Source: Kineococcus radiotolerans SRS30216 = ATCC BAA-149 (GTDB taxonomy: Bacteria > Actinomycetota > Actinomycetes > Actinomycetales > Kineococcaceae). Taken from it: DNA of 32,000 bases. Below, piece after piece: positions 6,546 through 13,661 of this stretch. Location of the stretch: contig NC_009664.2 of the NCBI RefSeq assembly GCF_000017305.1, positions 1,350,001 through 1,382,000 on the forward strand, in the 5' to 3' direction. Below the pieces are notes generated by a model. It was given only the letters and a program-made list of their open reading frames with translations, made no database searches and was not told where the DNA came from. The number at the start of each line of letters is the position of its first letter. Positions within the stretch are counted from its first letter, which is position 1. A program made the position numbers and the translations under genes.

Positions 6546-7517
6546 TCAGGAGGAGGTCTCCGCGCGCAGGAGGTCGCCGAGGTAGCGGGCGATCTCCCCC
6601 GGCCCCGAGCGCGGGGCGACGGCCTCCACGGCGGGGTTGTAGTTGGTGTTCGTGTTGATGTCGTAGGTCACCGTGCGCCCGTCGGCGGTCTCCATGAACT
6701 CGATGCCGGCGATCTCGACCCCGGCCGCGGCGAGGAGCTCCTCGTAGCGGCGGACCAGCGGGTGCTCGGCGGTGATCTCCTCGCGCAGCGCGAACGGCAC
6801 CACGTCCGGCACCTCGCACGCGTCGGCGGGGCAGAGCTCGAAGCTGCCGGCGGAGGTGTCGACCCGGACGGCGTACACGAACCGGCCCCCCACGAACTCG
6901 GCCCGGGTGACGAACGGCTCGGCCGAGCGCAGGAACTCCTGCAGCAGGGTGGTGCCGTCGGCGGGTTCCTCGAACTCCGGCGAGGCGACGTAGGCGTCGA
7001 AGTCCTCGTGGGTGTCGAACCGGCGCACCCCCAGGCCCTTGCCCCCCTGGTTGTGCTTGGTGATGAACGGCACCTCCAGCTCGCGGGCCCGGGCCGGGAG
7101 GTCCTCGCGCCCGAAGACGGCCAGCGTCCGCGGCACGTCGAAACCGTGGCGGCGCAGCAGCGCGTGCTGGGCGACCTTGCTGACCTCGAGCTCCACGACG
7201 CCGGTCCCGCCGACCACGCGACGACCCCACCCCTCCAGCCAGGCGAAGACGGCGCGGGTGAACTCCTTCGTCCGCGCGTGGTCGCGGGTGTGCGCGGACG
7301 CGCTGAGCCGCGACCAGTAGACGCCCGGCGCCGGTTCGGCGTCGAGGTCGATCGACCCGCCGGTGAGCAGGACCTCCTGGAAGGGGACGCCCTGCGCCCG
7401 GAAGGCCGCCTCGAAGGGCGGGAACCAGTCGGGGTTCTCGTGCACGACGTGGACGCGCGGTTCGGCGTCGGTCGCGAACGACCAGGCCGCGACGGGGTGG
7501 TCCTCGACGCTCGTCAT
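6546..7517 (-). CDS. ATP-grasp domain ligase (RimK/glutathione-synthetase-like fold), substrate unknown
   Basis: 323 aa. ATG at 7517 is preceded by GGAGGAGGAG. Motifs: 'FITKHNQGGKGLGVRRF', 'LLQEFL' and 'AGIEFMETADGRTVTYDINTNTNYN', typical of ATP-grasp nucleotide/Mg sites. The rest of the 1182-aa track ORF 6546..10094 is an antisense artefact. Confidence 0.8.
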   Translation of the reverse strand: MTSVEDHPVAAWSFATDAEPRVHVVHENPDWFPPFEAAFRAQGVPFQEVLLTGGSIDLDAEPAPGVYWSRLSASAHTRDHARTKEFTRAVFAWLEGWGRRVVGGTGVVELEVSKVAQHALLRRHGFDVPRTLAVFGREDLPARARELEVPFITKHNQGGKGLGVRRFDTHEDFDAYVASPEFEEPADGTTLLQEFLRSAEPFVTRAEFVGGRFVYAVRVDTSAGSFELCPADACEVPDVVPFALREEITAEHPLVRRYEELLAAAGVEIAGIEFMETADGRTVTYDINTNTNYNPAVEAVAPRSGPGEIARYLGDLLRAETSS

Positions 7518-7687
7518 GCTCGTGCTCCTCCTCCGGTGGGACGCGGGGCGCCCCGGGTGGGACAACGGTACGACCGCTCCCCGGGCCCGCCGTCCCCGCA
7601 CCCGGACGGGCCGGCCGGAGTGAAGCGCTTCCCGGGCCGGTACGGGCCGTTCCCGGCGGAAACCCCTGCGGGGCAGGCCCTCCGGGG

Positions 7688-7718
7688 TTCGACAACGCGA
7701 CCTCCGGTGGGTTACCGT
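7688..7718 (+). promoter_or_regulatory. Candidate promoter for the second SAM-I leader
   Basis: TTCGACA (7688-7694), a spacer of about 18-19 nt, then TACCGT (7713-7718). The -10 ends about 8 nt before P1 of the aptamer. Inspection only. Confidence 0.35.
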
Positions 7719-7721
7719 CCA

Positions 7722-7820
7722 GGTGTCCATCCAGAGCGACCGAGAGACCTGGCTCGTCGACGTCGCAGCAACCCCCTGATCCGTCAGGCGCGGGTGCTTC
7801 CGCCAGGACCGATGGGAGAA
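7722..7820 (+). promoter_or_regulatory. SAM-I (S-box) riboswitch aptamer, second copy
   Basis: GTGTCCATCCAGAGCGACCGAGAGACCTGGCTCGTCGACGTCGCAGCAACCCCCTGATCCGTCAGGCGCGGGTGCTTCCGCCAGGACCGATGGGAG. P1 is CCATC (7727-7731) pairing with GATGG (7811-7815). Its core blocks match the 1512-1608 copy. The two copies are visible in the ORF track as the shared peptide 'HPERPR[VD]LARRRRSNP' on opposite strands. Confidence 0.85.
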
Positions 7821-7985
7821 CCCGTGCGCACCGCCACACCCGGCGAGCGGCTCGTCCGCCGCCGCCACGTCGACCTCGGCCGGTTGAGCTCCTCCGCCTG
7901 TGCGGGGTGCTGACCCCCGTCCGTCGCGGCACCCCCTCGGACGAGAACCCTGCGCCGTCGTCGGCGCGACCACCGGAGTACCCCC

Positions 7986-10064
7986 GTGCCCTCGCCGTCC
8001 CCCCGCACGTCCACCCCGCCCTCCCCCACCTCCGACGCCCCCGCACCTCCCGCGCCCCGCAGCCTCTGCGTCGTCGGGGCGGGCCCGCGCACCCTGGTCC
8101 TGCTGCAGCGCCTCGGCGCCCACGTCGCCGCCTCCCCCGGGGAGCACCCGGGTCTCGACGTGCACGTCGTCGACCCGCACGACTCCGGCGCCGGCCGGGT
8201 CTGGCGGGAGGCGCAGGACCCGCTGCTCTGGATGAACTCCCGGGCGTGCGACATCACGGTGCTGCCGGACGACTCCGTGACCGGCCTGACCGGCCCGGTC
8301 GGGCCGGGACCCTCGCTGGCCGGGTGGATCGCGGAGAACCGCGCCGACCTCGTCCGCGACGCCGCCGCCGCCGGGGACGACCTGCTGCGCGAGGAGGTGC
8401 TGCGCAGCGAGCCGGGTTCGTTCGTGTCCCGGCGCCTGGCCAGCCGCTACCTGGCCGCGGCCTGGCGGCGCACCCTGGACGGGCTGCCCCCGGGCCTGCG
8501 GGTGCACCGGCACGCCCGCACCGTCGTCGACGTCGTGGACGCCGTGGATGACGTGGATGACGTGGACGCCGGGCCCGGGGGTGGGGACGGGGACGGCCGC
8601 CAGCTCGTGCACCTCGACGGGACCGGCGAACCCCTCGCCGTGGACGTCGTGCTGCTCGTGCAGGGCCACCTCGACGTGCACCCGGGTCCGCGCGAACGGC
8701 GGGCGGCGACGTTCGCCCGCGCCCACGGCCTCGCCCACGTCCCGCCCGGGTACACCAGCGACCAGGACCTCGACGTCCTGGTCCCGGGCAGCGACGTGGT
8801 GGTCGTCGGCATGGGACTGGCCTTCGTCGACCTCGTGGTCCGCCTCACCGAGGGCCGCGGCGGGCGGTTCGAGGAACGCCCCGACGGCAGCCTGGAGTAC
8901 CGCCCCAGCGGCCGGGAACCGCGGCTGCACGCCGGTTCCCGCCGCGGGGTCCCCTACCGCTCCAAGATCGGGTACCCGAGCCCCACCGACCTCGGCCTGC
9001 CGCGGTACTGCACCGCGAGCGCCGTGGAGGCCCGCCACGGCACCGGCCCCCTGGACCTGCGCGCGGACCTGTGGCCGCTCGTGGTCAAGGAGCTCGCCGG
9101 CGCGCACTACCGGGAGCTGTTCCGCACCCACCGCGAGCGCACCGCCCTGGCCCCGGCCGAGTTCGACGCCCGCTTCAGCCGCTCGCCCTGGGGCAGCGCG
9201 GAGATCGACGAGCTGATCGCGCGCGCGGTCCCCGACCCCGCCGACCGCTTCGACGTGACCGCCCTCGACCGCCCCCTCGACGGGTGGTGGGGGACCTCCG
9301 GCGACGAGGTGCACGAGCGGGTGCTGCGGCACCTGGAGGCCGACCGCGAGCGCCGGACGGACCCCCGCCACTCCCCCGACGCCGCCGTGGTCACCGCCCT
9401 GCTGTCCACCTACGTCGTCGTCGCCGGCCTGCACGCGGCGGGCCGGCTGAACGCGCGGTCCACCGCGCTGGACCTCGACGGCTGGTGGCACGGGTTCTTC
9501 AGCTACGTGGCGAGCGGGCCGCCGCCGCAGCGGCTGCGGCAGTTGTCCGCGCTGGCGCGGGCCGGGGTCCTCCGCTTCCTCGGCGCCGACGTGCGGGTGC
9601 GTCCCGACGCCGACGAGGGGGTCTTCGTGGCCTCCTCGGCCAGCGGCCCGCACGAGGTGCGCGCCCGCGGCCTGGTGGAGGCCCGGCTGCCGGTCGCGGA
9701 CCTGGAACGCACCTCCGACGTCCTGCTGACGCGGTTGCGCGGACGCGGCGAGGTGCGGGCCCACGAACTGCTCGACGGCGAGGCGCGGTTGTCCAACGGC
9801 CGCCTCGTCGTGGACGGGCGCGGGCGGCTGGTGCGGGCCGACGGCAGCGTCCACCCCCGCCGCTTCGCCACCGGCGCCTGGGTCTCCGGGGAGGCCGGCG
9901 CCCCGGCCTTCGCCCGTCCCGGGGCGGACGCCGAGGTGTTCCGCCGCGCCGACCGGCTGGCCGCGGACGTGCTGCGCGCCGGCCGCCCCGCTCCGCCCGC
10001 GCCCCGCGCGGGCACCACCCCCGCCGCGGCCCGCCGCGAGCTCCCCCGAGGACGAGGACGATGA
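7986..10064 (+). CDS. FAD/NAD(P)-binding domain protein (PF13454-like), function unknown
   Basis: 692 aa with GTG at 7986. The N-terminal dinucleotide fold is 'LCVVGAGPRTLVLLQRL' and a second Rossmann-like motif is 'VVVVGMGLAFVDLVVRL'. Its stop overlaps the permease ATG (ATGA at 10061-10064). Confidence 0.75.
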   Translation: MPSPSPRTSTPPSPTSDAPAPPAPRSLCVVGAGPRTLVLLQRLGAHVAASPGEHPGLDVHVVDPHDSGAGRVWREAQDPLLWMNSRACDITVLPDDSVTGLTGPVGPGPSLAGWIAENRADLVRDAAAAGDDLLREEVLRSEPGSFVSRRLASRYLAAAWRRTLDGLPPGLRVHRHARTVVDVVDAVDDVDDVDAGPGGGDGDGRQLVHLDGTGEPLAVDVVLLVQGHLDVHPGPRERRAATFARAHGLAHVPPGYTSDQDLDVLVPGSDVVVVGMGLAFVDLVVRLTEGRGGRFEERPDGSLEYRPSGREPRLHAGSRRGVPYRSKIGYPSPTDLGLPRYCTASAVEARHGTGPLDLRADLWPLVVKELAGAHYRELFRTHRERTALAPAEFDARFSRSPWGSAEIDELIARAVPDPADRFDVTALDRPLDGWWGTSGDEVHERVLRHLEADRERRTDPRHSPDAAVVTALLSTYVVVAGLHAAGRLNARSTALDLDGWWHGFFSYVASGPPPQRLRQLSALARAGVLRFLGADVRVRPDADEGVFVASSASGPHEVRARGLVEARLPVADLERTSDVLLTRLRGRGEVRAHELLDGEARLSNGRLVVDGRGRLVRADGSVHPRRFATGAWVSGEAGAPAFARPGADAEVFRRADRLAADVLRAGRPAPPAPRAGTTPAAARRELPRGRGR

Positions 10065-11050
10065 GCCGGACGACCGGGACCACCGCCACCACACCCGTCA
10101 CCACACCCGAACCCGAACCCGCCCCCGCGCCGCCCGCCGCCGCGGCCCCGGCGCTGCGGGTCCTGCCCGCCCGCCACCCCGGGCGCTGGGTCGCCACCGC
10201 CGCCGTGGCGGTGCTCGCCGCGATGGCCGTCCACGCGCTGGTGACCAACCCCGCGTGGGACTGGCCGACGGTCGGGGAGTTCCTGTTCTCGGCCACCATC
10301 CTGGAGTCGCTGTGGCTGACCGTGGAACTCACCCTGGTGGGCACCGCGATCGGCCTCGTGCTGGGAACCGTCCTGGCCCTCATGCGGATGTCGGGCAACC
10401 CCCTGCTGAAGGCGGTCAGCTTCACCTACGTGAGCGTCTTCCGCTCCGTCCCGCTGATCCTGCAACTGCTGTTCTGGTACAACATGGCGATCCTCTACGA
10501 CCGGATCGGTTTCGGCGTCCCCTTCGGGCCGCAGTTCTGGACGATCTCGACGCAGGACCTCATCGGCCCGGTGACCGCGGCGTTCCTGGGCCTGGGTCTG
10601 CACCAGGCGGCGTACTTCGCCGAGATCGTCCGGTCGGGGTTCCTCGCCGTCGACCCGGGCCAGCGCGAGGCCGCGGCGGCGCTGGGCATCCCCCGGCTGC
10701 GCCAGTTCCGCCGGATCCAGCTCCCGCAGGCCCTGCGCGTCATCGTCCCCACCACGGGCAACGAGGTCATCGGCCTGCTCAAGGGGACCTCGGTCGTCTA
10801 CGTCATGGCCCTGCCGGAACTCTTCTACCAGGTGCAGGTCGTCTACAACCGCACCGGTCAGGTCATCCCGCTGCTGCTGGTGGCGGCCGTCTGGTACTTC
10901 GTCCTGACCACCGCGCTGTCGGCGCTGCAGTGGCTCGTCGAGCGCCACTACGGGCGCGGGAGTTCCCGCGGTCCCGCCGGGACCCCCCTGCCGGGGCTGG
11001 TCCGCACCCTGCGCGCCGCCCGGGCCCGTCGTCAGGAGGTGTCGCGGTGA
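10061..11050 (+). CDS. Polar amino-acid ABC transporter permease (His/Glu/Gln/Arg/opine family)
   Basis: 329 aa with a Pro/Thr-rich N-terminal tail followed by TM helices. The EAA-type loop is 'GQREAAAALGIPRLRQFRRIQLPQALRVIVP'. Other motifs: 'TYVSVFRSVPLILQLLFWY' and 'GLLKGTSVV'. Confidence 0.88.
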   Translation: MSRTTGTTATTPVTTPEPEPAPAPPAAAAPALRVLPARHPGRWVATAAVAVLAAMAVHALVTNPAWDWPTVGEFLFSATILESLWLTVELTLVGTAIGLVLGTVLALMRMSGNPLLKAVSFTYVSVFRSVPLILQLLFWYNMAILYDRIGFGVPFGPQFWTISTQDLIGPVTAAFLGLGLHQAAYFAEIVRSGFLAVDPGQREAAAALGIPRLRQFRRIQLPQALRVIVPTTGNEVIGLLKGTSVVYVMALPELFYQVQVVYNRTGQVIPLLLVAAVWYFVLTTALSALQWLVERHYGRGSSRGPAGTPLPGLVRTLRAARARRQEVSR

Positions 11051-11841
11051 GCGCGGTCGCTGCGGTCGGTACGGCCAGCGAGCAGCCCGTCGTGCGTCTC
11101 GAAGGGGTGCACAAGCGGTTCGGGGCGCTGGAGGTGCTGCGCGGCATCGACCTCACGGTGGCCGCCGGCACGGTGACCGTCGTCCTCGGCGCCTCCGGCT
11201 CGGGCAAGTCGACGTTGCTGCGCACCGTCAACCACCTGGAGAAGGTCGACGCCGGGATCGTCGAGGTCAACGGCGAGCTCATCGGGTACCGCCGCTCCGG
11301 GCGGCACCTGCGCGAACTCCACGAGCGCGAGGTCCTGCGGCAGCGCTCGCGCATCGGGTTCGTGTTCCAGCACTTCAACCTCTTCCCGCACCTGACGGTG
11401 CTGGAGAACGTCGTGGAGGCGCCGGTGTCGGCGCAACGGCGCCGCCGCTCCGAGGTCGAACCCGAAGCGCGCGCGCTCCTCGCCCGGGTGGGGTTGTCGG
11501 ACAAGGCCGGCGAGTACCCGCGGCGGTTGTCCGGGGGCCAGCAGCAACGGGTGGCCATCGCCCGCGCCCTCGCCCTGAAGCCGTCGCTGGTGCTCTTCGA
11601 CGAACCGACGTCGGCGCTCGACCCCGAACTCGTGGGCGAGGTCCTCGACGTCATCCGCGACCTGGCCGTCTCCGGCACGACGATGGTCGTGGTCACCCAC
11701 GAGATCGGTTTCGCCCGCGAGGTCGCCGACCGCGTCGTCTTCCTCCACGAGGGGACCGTCGTCGAGGAGGGCAGCGCCGCGCAGGTGCTGGACGCCCCCC
11801 GCCACGAGCGCACCCGCGCGTTCCTCGCCAAGGTCCTCTGA
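11047..11841 (+). CDS. Polar amino-acid ABC transporter ATP-binding protein
   Basis: 264 aa. Its GTG overlaps the permease stop (GTGA at 11047-11050). Walker A 'GASGSGKST', Q-loop 'FVFQHFNLFPHLTVLEN', signature 'LSGGQQQRVAIARAL', Walker B 'LVLFDEPTSALD', H-loop 'VVTHE'. Confidence 0.92.
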   Translation: MSAVAAVGTASEQPVVRLEGVHKRFGALEVLRGIDLTVAAGTVTVVLGASGSGKSTLLRTVNHLEKVDAGIVEVNGELIGYRRSGRHLRELHEREVLRQRSRIGFVFQHFNLFPHLTVLENVVEAPVSAQRRRRSEVEPEARALLARVGLSDKAGEYPRRLSGGQQQRVAIARALALKPSLVLFDEPTSALDPELVGEVLDVIRDLAVSGTTMVVVTHEIGFAREVADRVVFLHEGTVVEEGSAAQVLDAPRHERTRAFLAKVL

Positions 11842-11935
11842 CCCGCCCACCCCACCCGTCCCACCCGGTCCGGCGACAGTGCCGGACCGCCCTGCCGGCC
11901 TGCCGCAGCGCAGGCCCGACCCCGAGGAGAACCCC

Positions 11936-12904
11936 GTGATCAGCCGCCGCACCTGGATCCTGTCGCTGGCCGCCGCCCCCGTGGTGCTGTCCGCCTGCGG
12001 TTCCGGGGCCGACGACCCCGCCACCGCCCCGGCGGCCGCCGCGACCCGGGGCGGCGTCGACACCAGCCCCGAGCAGACCGGCCGGATCGCGGTGCAGGCC
12101 GTGCCCGAGATCGCGGCCAAGGTGCCCCGGGCGATCCGGGACCGCGGAACCCTGGTCATCGGGACCACCGGCAACGGCAACCCGCCGCTGAGCTTCCGCG
12201 CCGACGACGACGAGACGGTCATCGGCATCGAACCCGACATCGCCCTGCTCGTCGCCGCCACCCTCGGCCTGGAACCCGAGATCCGGACCACCTCCTGGGA
12301 GAACCTCTTCCTGTCGATGGAGTCCGGCCAGTACGACGTCGGGTTCTCCAACATCACCGTCACCGAGGAGCGCAAGGAAAAGTACGACTTCGCCTCCTAC
12401 CGCGTGGACACCCTGGCCTGGGAGGTCGCGAAGGACTCCGACATCACGAGGATCGCCGGCCCGGCGGACATCGCGGGGCTGACGGTGTCGGTCGGCTCGG
12501 GCACCAACCAGGAGAAGGTCCTGCTCGACTGGGACGCGCAGAACGTGGCCGCGGGCCGGGAGCCGGTGAAGATCCAGTACTACCAGCAGGCCGCCGACAC
12601 CTACCTCGCCCTGAGGTCCGGGCGCATCCAAGCCAGCTTCGGCCCGAACCCGACCGCGGCCTACCACGCCGCGGTGGCCGGGGACACGAAGGTCGTGGGC
12701 CTCGTCCCCGGGGGCGGCACGGTCCAGGCCGCCATCGCGGCGACGACGCAGAAGGGCAACGGCCTCGTCGAGGCGCTCGCCGACGCGCTGAACCACCTCA
12801 TCGGGTCCGGGGCGTACGCGAAGACCCTGGAGCGGTGGAGCCTCGCCGACGAGGCCGTCCCCGCGTCCGAGATCAACCCGCCCGGCCTGCCCAGGACCGC
12901 GTGA
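11936..12904 (+). CDS. Amino-acid ABC transporter substrate-binding lipoprotein (family 3 SBP)
   Basis: SD GAGGAG at 11924-11929 and GTG at 11936. The signal peptide carries a lipobox, 'RRTWILSLAAAPVVLSAC'. 'GTLVIGTTGNGNPPLSF' and 'YDVGFSNITVTEERK' are typical of polar amino-acid binding proteins. The track start at 11879 is probably too far upstream. Confidence 0.85.
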   Translation: MISRRTWILSLAAAPVVLSACGSGADDPATAPAAAATRGGVDTSPEQTGRIAVQAVPEIAAKVPRAIRDRGTLVIGTTGNGNPPLSFRADDDETVIGIEPDIALLVAATLGLEPEIRTTSWENLFLSMESGQYDVGFSNITVTEERKEKYDFASYRVDTLAWEVAKDSDITRIAGPADIAGLTVSVGSGTNQEKVLLDWDAQNVAAGREPVKIQYYQQAADTYLALRSGRIQASFGPNPTAAYHAAVAGDTKVVGLVPGGGTVQAAIAATTQKGNGLVEALADALNHLIGSGAYAKTLERWSLADEAVPASEINPPGLPRTA

Positions 12905-12941
12905 GCACCGGGGAACTCCGCGCGCAGGTGCACCGCGACGG

Positions 12942-12969
12942 GGCGGCGGCCCGGGACCGGGCCGCCGCC
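12942..12969. terminator. GC hairpin after the ABC operon, between convergent genes
   Basis: GGCGGCGGCCCGG-GA-CCGGGCCGCCGCC has perfectly complementary arms (effective stem about 11 bp). It lies between the binding-protein stop (12904) and the flavin reductase stop (13000). Confidence 0.55.
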
Positions 12970-12999
12970 GCGCTCACCCCCTGAGCGGGGGCCGGGCCC

Positions 13000-13521
13000 T
13001 CAGACCCGCGGGCTGAGGGTCCGGAACCCCGAGGAGTGCCAGACCAGGGGTTCGGTGTCGGGGGCCAGACCGCTCGCGTGGACCCGGAGCAGGACCACGT
13101 CGTGGTCCCCGGCGGGGAACTCCGAGTGGATCGACGTCTCCAGCCACACCGGGGCGCCGTGCACGAAGTGCGCGCCGGTGCCGGTGGTGGTCGTCTCGAT
13201 GCCCGCGAACCGGTCGGCGGCCTTCGACGCCAGCTGCCGCGCGGCGAGGTCGTGCGCCTCCCCCAGCACCGAGACGCCGATGCGCGGCGCGCCCCGGAGC
13301 TTCGGCCAGCTCGTCGAGGTGTGCTGCACCGCGAAGAGCACCAGCGGCGGGTCCAGGGAGATCCCCACCTGGAAGCTGGACGCGACGAGGACGACGGGTT
13401 CCCCCTCCACGACCGCGGACAGCGCCGCCACCCCGGAGGGGAACAGCGCGAACGTCGACCGCAGGGCGGCCGGGTCGTCGGCGATGTCCTGCAGGACGAG
13501 GGGTTTCGCGTTCTCGGTCAC
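13000..13521 (-). CDS. Flavin reductase-like FMN-binding protein (split-barrel)
   Basis: 173 aa. GTG at 13521 with AGGAGAA upstream. 'FALFPSGVAALSA', 'VASSFQVGISLDPPLVLFAV' and 'RFAG' match the flavin reductase domain family. Confidence 0.8.
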   Translation of the reverse strand: MTENAKPLVLQDIADDPAALRSTFALFPSGVAALSAVVEGEPVVLVASSFQVGISLDPPLVLFAVQHTSTSWPKLRGAPRIGVSVLGEAHDLAARQLASKAADRFAGIETTTTGTGAHFVHGAPVWLETSIHSEFPAGDHDVVLLRVHASGLAPDTEPLVWHSSGFRTLSPRV

Positions 13522-13661
13522 CGGTTCTCCTGTCGGGAGTTCACGTCCTGGGAGTTCTCGGGGGCAGCCTAGCCGCCCCTCCCGGCCCCGCCCCGTCCCG
13601 GTGGAGGACCGGCCGCGGACCCGGGACGCGCCCCGGCGCCGGGTGGGGCAGAGTCTGCGGG

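Noticed and set aside
7518-10094. The upstream part of the 1182-aa minus-strand ORF 6546..10094
   Set aside because: Only the 3' 972 nt (ATP-grasp, with its own SD + ATG at 7517) is credible. The remainder runs antisense through two promoter regions, a riboswitch and the flavoprotein gene. It is a stop-codon-poor artefact of the GC content.
12901-12984. A 27-codon ORF (VSTGELRAQVHRDGAAARDRAAAALTP) whose GTG overlaps the binding-protein stop (GTGA)
   Set aside because: Its high GC3 is explained by the perfect GC palindrome (12942-12969) it contains. That palindrome is better interpreted as the operon terminator. There is no independent SD and no recognisable sequence family. I cannot exclude it without conservation data.
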